From Actinomycetota bacterium (GTDB lineage Bacteria; Actinomycetota; Acidimicrobiia; Spongiisociales; ZC4RG35), in assembly GCA_046537785.1 (NCBI GenBank), contig JBKHKD010000005.1, positions 27,991 to 91,990 of the forward strand: a stretch of 64,000 nt of DNA, written 5' to 3'. The notes below the pieces were generated by a model, which saw only the letters and a list, made by a program, of their open reading frames with translations, did not search any database and had not been told where the DNA came from. Positions 47,616 to 56,542 of this stretch are shown in pieces (position 1 is the first letter of the stretch; every line of letters begins with the position of its first letter). A program made the position numbers and the translations under genes.

Positions 47616-48331
47616 GTCAAGTCCGCCGCGGTCGATGGCACCCGGGACCGCTCCGAGATCCCCTCCACCGCACCGTCCCGCAGCCGCACCACCCGGTCCG
47701 CCCAAGCCGCGAATGCCGGCTCGTGGGTGACCAAAAGCGCCGCCGCGCCGGCGTCGCAGCGGGCCCGGAGCAGGCGGAGGATGCTCTCCCCGGTGGCCTC
47801 GTCCACCGCCCCGGTGGGCTCGTCGGCGAGAAGGAGAGTCCGAGGGCCCACCAGCCCTCGGGCGATGGCGACCCGCTGCTGCTCACCACCCGAAAGCTGA
47901 TCGGGAAACCGGTCGGCCATACCTCCCAACCCGACCTCGTCCAAAGCGACCTCGGCGAAGCGTCGCGCTTCACGGGGGTCCATCCCGTCGAGCTCCAACG
48001 GCAGAGCGATGTTCTCCGCCGCGGTCAGAGACGGCAACAGGTTGAACTGCTGAAACACATACCCCACCGACACTCGACGAAGACGGGCCAGCTCGGCACG
48101 CGACAGCTCGGCCAGGTCTTGGCCATCGACCCAGATGGTGCCTGTAGTGGGCGTGTCGAGCGCCCCCGCCAAGTTGAGCAGGGTGGTCTTGCCCGAACCG
48201 CTCCGCCCCGTCACCGCCACCAACTCACCAGGAGCGATATCGAGATCGACGTTGACCAGGGCATCGACCCGCTGGGCGCCAGTACCGTGGGTCTTCCCCA
48301 CCCGACGCATCGACAAGATCGGCTCGCTCAT
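47612..48331 (-). CDS. ABC transporter ATP-binding protein (MacB/LolD-type)
   Basis: Walker A GRSGSGKTTLLN, signature LSGGEQQRVAIARGL, Walker B LLLADEPTGA. ATG at 48331 (MSEPILSMRRVGKTHG) overlaps the padR stop. Confidence 0.85.
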   Translation of the reverse strand: MSEPILSMRRVGKTHGTGAQRVDALVNVDLDIAPGELVAVTGRSGSGKTTLLNLAGALDTPTTGTIWVDGQDLAELSRAELARLRRVSVGYVFQQFNLLPSLTAAENIALPLELDGMDPREARRFAEVALDEVGLGGMADRFPDQLSGGEQQRVAIARGLVGPRTLLLADEPTGAVDEATGESILRLLRARCDAGAAALLVTHEPAFAAWADRVVRLRDGAVEGISERSRVPSTAADLT

Positions 48332-48876
48332 GTCCTCACCTCCTCCGACCCTGGCACAGGCTCGGAAGCGGGAGCAGGGTCCAGCCGATCCTCGACCCGC
48401 TCCAGCCACCGCAGCTCCGCCTCGGCCGAGAGGATCAGCCGGTCGAGCTGTAGCTGCCAGGCCAGGTCCCGGTCATCGGCAGCCGCCTTGAGGGCCGTGT
48501 AGTCCTGGAGCAGGCCCATGGTGGCGCTCCGCTGCACCTCCACGACCCGACGGGCGTCCAACCCCGAGGCGAGGGCCACCATCAGCTTGAGCGAGATCTC
48601 ATCCCGCCCCGCCGCCGCAAGCTCCACTGGACCGGCCATCCAGGCCGCCACGGCCTCCCGGCCGGCATCGGTGATCCGATAGACGATCCGCCCCTGGGCG
48701 TCCGAGCCCGACGACGTCACCAGCCTGTCTCGCTCCAGCCGGGACAGAGTGGTGTACACCTGGCCGACATTGATCGACCACATCTCACCAGTCGCCGCCT
48801 CTAGATCCACCTTGAGCTGATACCCGTGGGCGTCTCCCCGCGCCAACAAAGCGAGCATTCCTTCCCTGATCCCCAT
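48328..48876 (-). CDS. PadR-family transcriptional regulator
   Basis: MLALLARGDAHGYQLKVDLE...VGQVYTTLSRLERDRLV winged HTH; 182 aa with a C-terminal coiled-coil. Confidence 0.8.
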   Translation of the reverse strand: MGIREGMLALLARGDAHGYQLKVDLEAATGEMWSINVGQVYTTLSRLERDRLVTSSGSDAQGRIVYRITDAGREAVAAWMAGPVELAAAGRDEISLKLMVALASGLDARRVVEVQRSATMGLLQDYTALKAAADDRDLAWQLQLDRLILSAEAELRWLERVEDRLDPAPASEPVPGSEEVRT

Positions 48877-49045
48877 TCAGACTCCTTACATACTCGGTAT
48901 GCGAGAGGATATACATACTGAGTAAGTGCTGTCAACCCGGGTCCCAATCTCTGTTCTCGCCAGAGGTGACCCAAGTGCGTCGCGTCACCACGGCGCGGTG
49001 GATCGACTCGGGTGGAGCGTGTGTGGCTCGCCGAAGTTGGACCTT

Positions 49046-49468
49046 CTAGGCAGGACCCAGATCGTCCAGCCACGTGCTGGGGCATGGCAGGTGATGCGGG
49101 ATGAACGTTGAAGGCGTCGGAACCGGGCGGGACAGGACGCTGCCCGAGCTTGTTGGCGTGACCGCGTACTCGTTGATGTTGTAGACGAGCGGGGAGTCGT
49201 TGGAGTCGTAGCGCTCAGTCACCAGAGTTCCTCGACGGGGCGAGTACGCGGCCCGGAGGAACTTCGTGCTGTCGCGAACGAAGCTCGGCTGATGTGACGT
49301 GGGTAGGAGCACGGCATCGCCCGTGCTGGTGGGAGGAACGAAATCGCTGGGTGTCGAGCGCCGGCTCATCGTCCATGATTGTCTCAGTGTTGAGCGCCTG
49401 GCCAATGCGTGGGCTTCTCGTCTCCGTCGTTCCCGACGGGGTAGTGAAGCCATGTCGTTACGGGACAA
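49046..49468 (-). CDS. hypothetical protein (Arg/Ser-rich, low complexity)
   Basis: 140 aa, TTG start, no domain. May not be a real gene. Confidence 0.25.
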   Translation of the reverse strand: MSRNDMASLPRRERRRREAHALARRSTLRQSWTMSRRSTPSDFVPPTSTGDAVLLPTSHQPSFVRDSTKFLRAAYSPRRGTLVTERYDSNDSPLVYNINEYAVTPTSSGSVLSRPVPTPSTFIPHHLPCPSTWLDDLGPA

Positions 49469-49539
49469 GCAAGGACGCGTCGTGCAGGCTCGTGAAGGAG
49501 GAGCCTAAGGGAACGATGGAAGGCGACTTGGCGGGTTTC

Positions 49540-49672
49540 CCAGATCTTGGATGTTCGATAAATGTTCGATGAAACGACCGAGGTGCTGGCCGGAGGCCTG
49601 TCGGTAAGCCTCTGACCAGCACCTTTGTGGTCGGGACGGCCGGATTTGAACCGGCGACCTCAGCGTCCCGAA
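49540..49672. repeat. right direct repeat (attR side), overlapping the 3' part of the intact tRNA-Pro gene
   Basis: Matches 34415..34545. Perfect 66 bp core 49607..49672. Confidence 0.8.
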
Positions 49673-49704
49673 CGCTGCGCGCTACCAACCTGCGCCACGT
49701 CCCG
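49628..49704 (-). tRNA. tRNA-Pro (anticodon CGG)
   Basis: Folded by hand. C1-G72 acceptor pair typical of bacterial tRNA-Pro, 7 bp acceptor stem, U8, D-stem GCGC/GCGC, anticodon stem CAGCG/CGCTG, loop TTCGGGA (anticodon CGG, G37), T-arm GCCGG-TTCAAAT-CCGGC, A73 and encoded CCA. Confidence 0.85.
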
Positions 49705-50147
49705 ATGTTCTGGATTGTATCGGTCCGGTGGGGCCACGCCAGATCGTAGGGGTTGATCCAAAGGATCCGCCGGTGTAACCGTCCAAGGCATGAGTGTTCC
49801 GGAACCGGCCCGGCGAGCCCTGTACAATCGTCTTGGCGAGGTCATGGGTCCCGAGAACTCCGAGACGCTCATGTCGAGCCTTCCCCCCTGCAATCAGTCA
49901 CCGAACTGACAACGAAGGCCGATTTCGCCCGCTTGGAAGAGAGGATCGATTCACTTGCGATCGAGGGGCGAGAAGTACAGGCGCAAATCGCCACGCAATA
50001 CCGAACCTTCCTGACCCTCACAATCGGAGCGCTCGTGGCACTGACCGGAATCTTCAGCATCATCGTGGGCCCGCTGACTTAGGGATTTCTGCTGGTCACA
50101 TCGCCTATTTGGGATAGGCTGTAAGTCACGGGGAACTGAGAGGAGAC

Positions 50148-50459
50148 ATGTCTTCATACGATGCCCGGCTCCAAATCGAAGGCGAGAGCAACGAGCGAAC
50201 TCCTGTCGTGGTCGACCTCACCGACGACAGGCTGACAATGAGCATCGGAGAGCAGGAGATCGCCGACTGGCGACAGGACGAACTGCGCATCCAGGCGCTA
50301 CCTGACGGGTTTCACATACGCGCCGAAGGCGAGGCCATCGTCCTGGACGTAACCGATGAGGCCAGATTCGCCGTCGAGTTGGGTCTGCGCAACGCCCATC
50401 CCGCGCTCCGTCAGAAGATGGCGGCGCTGATGCGGTCTGAGGACACTCCCGCCGACTGA
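50148..50459 (+). CDS. hypothetical protein
   Basis: 103 aa acidic protein with an RBS-like GAGGAGA upstream. Its stop abuts the asd stop (convergent). Confidence 0.4.
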   Translation: MSSYDARLQIEGESNERTPVVVDLTDDRLTMSIGEQEIADWRQDELRIQALPDGFHIRAEGEAIVLDVTDEARFAVELGLRNAHPALRQKMAALMRSEDTPAD

Positions 50460-51467
50460 TCAGACCAGAAGCTCGGCAATCTGAACCGTGTTCAAAGCTG
50501 CGCCCTTGCGCAGGTTGTCGCCGACCACCCAGAGGCTGATTCCCCCAGGGGTTGAGACGGTCTCCCTGACACGACCGGCTAGGACATCATCGATGCCAGC
50601 GCTGTCGAGGGGGGTGGGCACGCGGTCCTTCCAGAGGTCCAGGCCGGGCGCCGAGCTGAGAATCGACATGGCCTCGTCCGCCGGCATAGGACGCTCGAAC
50701 AGGAGGGTCGCCGCCACCCCGTGACCGACGAGGACAGGCACACGCACGCATGTCGGCTCGACTGCGAGATCGGGAATTTCCAGGATCTTGCGCGACTCGT
50801 CGAGGAGCTTCATCTCCTCGTCGGTATAACCCCCGTCGACTTCGTTGCCGGCGAAGGGAAGGACATTGAAGGCGATGGGCCGCACATAAACGCTGGAACC
50901 TGGATCGGTCCAGCCTCCGGTCATCAATGCGTCCACATCCGATCCCAGCGGTCCCTGCTGACCTAGAAGCTCGGTCACCCCCTGATGCCCCGAGCCCGAG
51001 ACCGCCTGATAGGAAGTGACGACCATCGATCTGAGACCCGCGGCCCTGTGAAGTGGCCCCGCCGCCAACATCAGGGTCATGGTCGTGCAGTTGGGGTTAG
51101 CGACTATTCCGCTGTGCTCACCTACGGCATCGTCGTTGACCCCGGCCACCACGAGGGGGACATCGTCATTCATGCGGAACGCGGAGGAGTTGTCCACGAC
51201 CACAGCCCCGGCCTCGACAAAACGGGAGGCGTGCTCCTTGGACCTCACCCCTCCGGCGGAGAAGAGGGCGACATCGATTCCTGACGGATCCATGGTGGCC
51301 AGATCCTCAACCGTCACCTGGCCAAGATGGGTCTCGACGCTCTGACCGGCGGAACGCTTCGATGCGGCGAGACGAAGGCTGGTGGCGGGAAAGTCCCGCT
51401 CGGCGAGGATCGACACCATGGTGCGGCCAACGGCGCCGGTGGCACCGACCACGGCAACTGTTGTCAT
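50460..51467 (-). CDS. asd: aspartate-semialdehyde dehydrogenase
   Basis: N-terminal Rossmann [11 protein letters not shown] and catalytic Cys region (ANPNCTT); 335 aa. 4 nt overlap with ask. Confidence 0.9.
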   Translation of the reverse strand: MTTVAVVGATGAVGRTMVSILAERDFPATSLRLAASKRSAGQSVETHLGQVTVEDLATMDPSGIDVALFSAGGVRSKEHASRFVEAGAVVVDNSSAFRMNDDVPLVVAGVNDDAVGEHSGIVANPNCTTMTLMLAAGPLHRAAGLRSMVVTSYQAVSGSGHQGVTELLGQQGPLGSDVDALMTGGWTDPGSSVYVRPIAFNVLPFAGNEVDGGYTDEEMKLLDESRKILEIPDLAVEPTCVRVPVLVGHGVAATLLFERPMPADEAMSILSSAPGLDLWKDRVPTPLDSAGIDDVLAGRVRETVSTPGGISLWVVGDNLRKGAALNTVQIAELLV

Positions 51468-52450
51468 GTGGAGGCCTCCGCTTGAAAGAGTCGAGCATGT
51501 AACAACCGCACGGCGTCCTCGATTTGTTCCGTGTCGACCGACAAGGAGACCGACTGGTCGTCAGAAGCGATGAGGGCGGTGACGACCCCCGCGTCGTGAA
51601 GGGCGATCATGTCCTCGGTGATCGACTCCCGGGTCCCGGAGCCCACCACGGTCAACACGCCGTGGTCTATCTCGAGCCGGTTGGCAATCCCCGCGAAGCG
51701 ACGAGGAACCACGCCGGGACGAACCCAGGTTCCTTCCTCGTCGGTGAACGAGGAGCGCACATGGACGGAGACACCGTGGTCACGGGCGTGCTCCACTGAG
51801 TGGGGCATCAGCACCCCGGCGCCCGCATCCGCCAGCGCCACCATCTGGTCGTACTCCACTTCAGGGAGGAGAAGCGCCTCCTCGACGATGCGAGGGTCGG
51901 CTGTGAACACTCCAGAGACATCGGTGAGTATCTCGCATGAGTGAGCGTCGAGGGTCCCGGCGAGGGCGACGGCGGTGGTATCCGAACCACCGCGTCCCAG
52001 AGTGGTCACCTCCTTCGACGTCGGGTCGACTCCCTGGAACCCGGCGACGATCACCACCTTGCCGGCGGTGAGCGATTCCCTGACCCGCTCGCCGGTGATC
52101 TTGGTGATCCTGGCCCCACCATGGGCCGAGTCGGTGAGGATGCCGGCCTGGGACCCGGTGTAGCTGACCGCAGGGACGCCGCGGTCGTTCAGCGCCATGG
52201 CTAGGAGGGCCATTGAGATTCGTTCGCCAGCGGTGAGCAGCATGTCCATCTCCCGGGGGTGTGGCGCCGTACTCACCTCGGAAGCCAGCTCCAGAAGAGC
52301 GTTGGTGGTCTGACCCATCGCCGAGACCACGACCACAAGGTCTTTTCCGGCCTCGCGGGTGGCGACAATGCGATCGGCGACGGCCTTGATGCGCGACGGG
52401 TCGGCAACCGAGGTACCGCCGTACTTCTGGACCACGACTGGCATGCGCAT
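51464..52450 (-). CDS. ask: aspartate kinase
   Basis: [10 protein letters not shown] kinase motif, two C-terminal ACT domains. Start likely at M12/M14 of the track ORF ([12 protein letters not shown]). Confidence 0.85.
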   Translation of the reverse strand: MRMPVVVQKYGGTSVADPSRIKAVADRIVATREAGKDLVVVVSAMGQTTNALLELASEVSTAPHPREMDMLLTAGERISMALLAMALNDRGVPAVSYTGSQAGILTDSAHGGARITKITGERVRESLTAGKVVIVAGFQGVDPTSKEVTTLGRGGSDTTAVALAGTLDAHSCEILTDVSGVFTADPRIVEEALLLPEVEYDQMVALADAGAGVLMPHSVEHARDHGVSVHVRSSFTDEEGTWVRPGVVPRRFAGIANRLEIDHGVLTVVGSGTRESITEDMIALHDAGVVTALIASDDQSVSLSVDTEQIEDAVRLLHARLFQAEAST

Positions 52451-52526
52451 AGTTTGGATGGTTCCGACCCGTATTACGAACACAGGCTGGGGTTTTGAAC
52501 GGCCCGCGGCCTAAAGTCGCGGCGCC

Positions 52527-53315
52527 ATGTCCGACCGACGCCAACGCCAGAAAGAAAAGCGCGCGGCGAAGCGTGAGGCGGAGAGGAAGAGGGAGTCGCG
52601 ACGCGAACTCATCCGCCGTCTCGGCACCGCCCTGGTGTTCGGGCTCGTCGTGGTGGGCATCTTTGTCGTGTCCAGCTTGTTCGGGGGCAGCGATGTCGAC
52701 GCTCCCTCCACCTATGAGGACTATCGGGCCCAGGAAACCGCCTGCGGCGCCGAACAGCCTCCACCGGAACAGATCATGACGTTCGAGGCACCCGAGGAGC
52801 AGTCAGACATCACCGAGTCGAGCACGGCAACGGCCACGGTCGCCACCTCTTGTGGCGAGATTGTCATCGACCTAAACACCAGTGGGGCTCCCGAGACGGT
52901 GAATTCCTTCGTCTTCCTGGCACGTGAAGGCTTCTACGACGGCCAGGTCGTCCACCGGATAGCCGAGGACTTCGTGATCCAGACAGGGGATCCCCAGGCC
53001 GACGGGACCGGAGGACCGGGATACGTCATATCCGACGAGTATCCACCGGAGGACTTCGTCTACGAAGAGGGCGTCGTGGCGATGTGGGGCCGGGGAGCAC
53101 GCAGCACCGGATCACAGTTCATGGTGATCACCGGCCCCGACGGGCAGTTCCTCACCAACCAGTTCAATGTCCTCGGCACCGTCGTCTCCGGACAGGAGAC
53201 GATCGACACGATCATGGACATCGAAAGCGCGACCGCCCCCGGCAGTGTCGAGCGGAGCAAGCCGTTGGAGACCGTTTACATCGAGTCGATTTCTATCGAC
53301 GTAGCCGAATCCTGA
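52527..53315 (+). CDS. membrane-anchored cyclophilin-type peptidyl-prolyl cis-trans isomerase
   Basis: Basic N-terminus plus one TM helix, then a cyclophilin domain (FHRIAEDFVIQTGDP...GQFMVITG). Confidence 0.8.
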   Translation: MSDRRQRQKEKRAAKREAERKRESRRELIRRLGTALVFGLVVVGIFVVSSLFGGSDVDAPSTYEDYRAQETACGAEQPPPEQIMTFEAPEEQSDITESSTATATVATSCGEIVIDLNTSGAPETVNSFVFLAREGFYDGQVVHRIAEDFVIQTGDPQADGTGGPGYVISDEYPPEDFVYEEGVVAMWGRGARSTGSQFMVITGPDGQFLTNQFNVLGTVVSGQETIDTIMDIESATAPGSVERSKPLETVYIESISIDVAES

Positions 53316-53512
53316 CGGTCCTAGTGGCCCATCGCGGAAATCCGCTGGCATTTCAACGGCCAGATGACGCCGCTGGCGACGTCCTCGGCCTTGACGCACG
53401 GAGCCCAGTGCGCCTGCGGACCTGCGTCCTTGCGAGCGACGCCCCTGGCTCGCCGAAAGTACGCGACCGGACTTCCCCGATGGACCACTAGCAGGCATCA
53501 TCGGAGCCGCCG

Positions 53513-54358
53513 ATGACTGTCGACCTCCATACTCACTCCGCGGCCTCTGACGGGTCCGACCCACCGGAACGCCTCGTAGAGCTTGCCGCCGAAACAGGGC
53601 TGACTGCTATCGCCCTGACGGACCATGACACCCAGGAGGGCATCGAGGCCGCGGTGGCGGCCGCAGCGACGCACCCCCTGGAGCTGATTCCGGGGGTGGA
53701 ACTGTCGTTGAACTACGACAACGGGACCATGCACCTGATCGTGCTCTGGCTCGACCCCGGTCACGGCCCACTTCAGGATCGTCTCCACGGCCTGCAATCG
53801 GGACGGACCCGAAGAAACGAGGAGATCGTCCGCAGGCTGGAGGAGGCCGGGCTGCCCATCACCATCGAGGAAGTCCTCGAAGAGGCCGGGGGCGGGAGCG
53901 TGGGCCGGCCCCATATCGCAGCGGTGATGGTGAGACACGGGTACGTGCCCGACATCCGGACTGCATTCGATCTCTGGCTGGGCAGGGAGAGACCCGCCTA
54001 CGTCGGTCGTAACCGCCTCGATCCCGGGGAGGCGATCGGTCTGGCGCGAGAATCCGGGGCGGTGCCCGTTCTATCCCATCCTCACACCCTCGGAGTCACG
54101 ACGGCCCCGGCCATGACCGATCTCCTCACCGACCTCAAACGAGCTGGCCTGATCGGGCTCGAGGCGATCTACGGCTCCTATCGCCGTCATGAGCGAGAGG
54201 GCTACGCCGATCTCGCCAGACGCTTTGAGCTGATCCCATCGGGCGGTAGCGACTACCACGGGAGCTACAAGCCGGGTCTGTCCCTCGGCTCCGGCTACGG
54301 GGATTTGGCAGTGCCGGACTCGGTGCTCGACGAGTTGCGGTATCACGCAGGACCATGA
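53513..54358 (+). CDS. PHP-domain phosphoesterase (TrpH/YciV-like)
   Basis: DLHTHSAASDG and ALTDHDT metal-binding motifs; 281 aa. Confidence 0.75.
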   Translation: MTVDLHTHSAASDGSDPPERLVELAAETGLTAIALTDHDTQEGIEAAVAAAATHPLELIPGVELSLNYDNGTMHLIVLWLDPGHGPLQDRLHGLQSGRTRRNEEIVRRLEEAGLPITIEEVLEEAGGGSVGRPHIAAVMVRHGYVPDIRTAFDLWLGRERPAYVGRNRLDPGEAIGLARESGAVPVLSHPHTLGVTTAPAMTDLLTDLKRAGLIGLEAIYGSYRRHEREGYADLARRFELIPSGGSDYHGSYKPGLSLGSGYGDLAVPDSVLDELRYHAGP

Positions 54359-55881
54359 GCACGCCGATAAGGATGCGCACCGCGGCGGTGGTGATCGCGG
54401 CCAGCGTCTTGTTGTCCCGTCTCCTCGGGCTCGGCAGGGAGGCCCTGATCGCCGCCCTGTTCGGGCGGGGAGTGCAGGCGGACCTCTACAACCAGGCGTT
54501 CCTGGTGCCCGACATACTCAATTACCTGCTCGCTGGCGCCTACCTGAGCATCACGCTGGTCCCGATCCTGAGCCGCCACCTCGAGTCGGGAGATGCAAAA
54601 GGGGCCAGTCAGGCGTTCACGTCGGTGTTCCGCTTCGTGAGCCTGCTGATCGTCGGGATGACACTGCTGATGTGGCTGTTCGCCGGAACCATCGTCGAAC
54701 TCGCCTTTCCGGAGGCATCCGATCCCGAACGGCTGGTATCCATGACCCGCCTCGTGCTTCCTGCCCAGGTCTTCCTGGTGTCAGGCGCCCTCTTGATGGC
54801 CGTTCAGTACACCCACAAGCGGTTCATCATCCCGGCCCTGGCCCCCCTGGTATACAACCTCGGAATCATCGTCGGCGGCCTGGCCGGGTGGGCGACGGGC
54901 GATCCTGCACCTGAGACGTTCCTGATCGGAGCAGTGGCGGGTGCGGCGATCGGCAACTTCGGAATCCAATGGTTTGGTGCTAGACGCACCGGGACCTGGA
55001 TCACACGCACCGAAAGACAGTCCGCAGTCGGCGAGTATCTCACGCTGGCCATTCCGCTGATGATCGGCCAATCGGTGGCGGTGCTCGATGAGCAGTTCAT
55101 CAAGCTTTTCGGCCAGGTCGAGGTAGGTGCCACCGCGGCCCTGAACTACGCGCGGAGACTCAACATGGTCCCCGTTGGGATAATCGCGCAGGCTGCCGGT
55201 GTGGCAGCGTTCCCGTTCCTCGCGGGTCTCTATGCCCGGGGAGCCGGCGACGAACTGATCGAGACCACTGGCCGGGCGGCGCGCAAGACCATTTTCGTCG
55301 CAGCCGCGGCCACCGCTGGCTTGGTGGTGCTGGCCCGGCCTCTGGTTCGTCTCGTTTACCAGTACGGAGCCTTCTCCGAGGCCGACGCAGACCTGGTGGC
55401 CACGCTGCTGGCGATCTATGCCTTCTCCATCCCGGCATGGGGCCTCCACCAGATCCTGGCCAGGCACTTCTATGCGAAAAGAAAGATGTGGACCCCGGTC
55501 ATCGTGGGGACCGTCTTCACCGTCGTTGCCATTCCCGTCTGGCTTGGCCTCTATCAGGTGATGGGTGTCGAGGGCCTCGCTCTCGCCTCAACGCTAATAA
55601 TGATCTGCTATGCCCTCGGTCTCCTCGTCGCCTGGGGGTATGACTCGGGTTGGAGGCCGGTTCGGGCGTTGGTACCCGCCTTCCTCAGATCGATGCTCTC
55701 GGCTGCCGCCGCCGCAGTGCTCGGCTGGCTCGTGGCTCACGCAATGATCGGTGACGACCCGGTGACCCTGCCGTCTGCGCTCGGAGTTTCACTGGTGGCG
55801 GGGGTGACCACCCTTGCGGCGTTCCTCGGAGTCTCCCGGCTGCTCAGGTCACCGGAGATGGCCGAGGTCCTCAGGCGCTAG
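54355..55881 (+). CDS. murJ: lipid II flippase MurJ (MviN)
   Basis: 508 aa with 14 TM helices; N-terminal SRLLGLGREALIAALFG motif of MurJ/MviN. Confidence 0.85.
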   Translation: MSTPIRMRTAAVVIAASVLLSRLLGLGREALIAALFGRGVQADLYNQAFLVPDILNYLLAGAYLSITLVPILSRHLESGDAKGASQAFTSVFRFVSLLIVGMTLLMWLFAGTIVELAFPEASDPERLVSMTRLVLPAQVFLVSGALLMAVQYTHKRFIIPALAPLVYNLGIIVGGLAGWATGDPAPETFLIGAVAGAAIGNFGIQWFGARRTGTWITRTERQSAVGEYLTLAIPLMIGQSVAVLDEQFIKLFGQVEVGATAALNYARRLNMVPVGIIAQAAGVAAFPFLAGLYARGAGDELIETTGRAARKTIFVAAAATAGLVVLARPLVRLVYQYGAFSEADADLVATLLAIYAFSIPAWGLHQILARHFYAKRKMWTPVIVGTVFTVVAIPVWLGLYQVMGVEGLALASTLIMICYALGLLVAWGYDSGWRPVRALVPAFLRSMLSAAAAAVLGWLVAHAMIGDDPVTLPSALGVSLVAGVTTLAAFLGVSRLLRSPEMAEVLRR

Positions 55882-56083
55882 AGATGTCAGGTCGAATGAT
55901 GTCCTGTGGGTTCTTGGGCTCGGCGCGCTTGACGACTCGAACCCAGGCCGGGAGCCCGGTCTTTGGCGTTCCCCGGCTCTGACGGGCCGCCGCTTCCTCC
56001 CGTGCTATGCGGTCGAGGACGACGGCGACGACGGCCGCCTCGAACTCGCCTGCACCGCCCTTGATGTTCAGATCAGGATTCAC
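55871..56083 (-). CDS. small protein resembling acyl-CoA carboxylase epsilon subunit (AccE-like)
   Basis: 70 aa, GTG start overlapping the epimerase stop. NIKGGAGEFEAAVVAVVL parallels the ACC_epsilon motif (VVKGNPT.EELAAL.AVL). Confidence 0.35.
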   Translation of the reverse strand: MNPDLNIKGGAGEFEAAVVAVVLDRIAREEAAARQSRGTPKTGLPAWVRVVKRAEPKNPQDIIRPDISSA

Positions 56084-56481
56084 AGTTCCACCAACTCGAT
56101 GAGAGTGCCCGCGAGGTCACCCGGATGAACGAAGGCGATCTTGGTACCACGCCCGCCCACCCGCGGCTTGGTGTCGATGAGACGTGCTCCCTGTTCCTTG
56201 AGATGGGCGAGGGCTGCTTCGATGGATACAACTGCATAAGCGACGTGATGAAGACCTTCACCATTCTTGGACAAAAACTTGCCCACCGGGGTTTCAGAGC
56301 CGAGGGGTTCGAGCAATTGGATGAACGAGCCGCCAACCGGGACCATCGCCTCCTCGACCCCCTGGCTCTCCACCTTCTCCCGATACATGGGCTCAACCCG
56401 GTAGCGGTCCCGATATCCATCGAGGGCGGCGTCGAGATCATGAACTGCAATCGCGACATGGTCGAGGTTGAGGAGCTTCAC
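56080..56481 (-). CDS. methylmalonyl-CoA epimerase (VOC/glyoxalase fold)
   Basis: LDHVAIAV...GLHHVAYAV VOC motifs. Start set to the GTG at 56481 (VKLLNLDHVAIAV). The track ORF has an implausible 85 aa N-terminal extension. Confidence 0.7.
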   Translation of the reverse strand: MKLLNLDHVAIAVHDLDAALDGYRDRYRVEPMYREKVESQGVEEAMVPVGGSFIQLLEPLGSETPVGKFLSKNGEGLHHVAYAVVSIEAALAHLKEQGARLIDTKPRVGGRGTKIAFVHPGDLAGTLIELVEL

Positions 56482-56542
56482 TGGCTGGAGCGTATTAGCC
56501 CACCGGTGGCCTGTCACTCCGGGGCCGGTACCATCAGGTGAC

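Larger units (their letters stand above)
34415..49704. mobile_element. integrative mobilizable element (~15.3 kb) inserted in tRNA-Pro(CGG). Contents: direct att repeats, three HTH_17/Xis-like genes, tyrosine integrase, MobF relaxase, BrnT-like toxin-antitoxin pair, NACHT NTPase, PadR-ABC cargo
   Basis: Intact tRNA-Pro at the right end and a 45 nt copy of its 3' part at the left end, within ~130 bp direct repeats. xis-int pair and a relaxase gene inside. No type IV secretion or coupling-protein genes. Confidence 0.8.

Noticed and set aside
49753-50082. 109 aa ORF ending in a hydrophobic segment next to tRNA-Pro
   Set aside because: The N-terminal two thirds is Arg-rich and implausible. Only a short C-terminal part (possibly about 60 aa from an alternative start) could be real, and there is no supporting motif.
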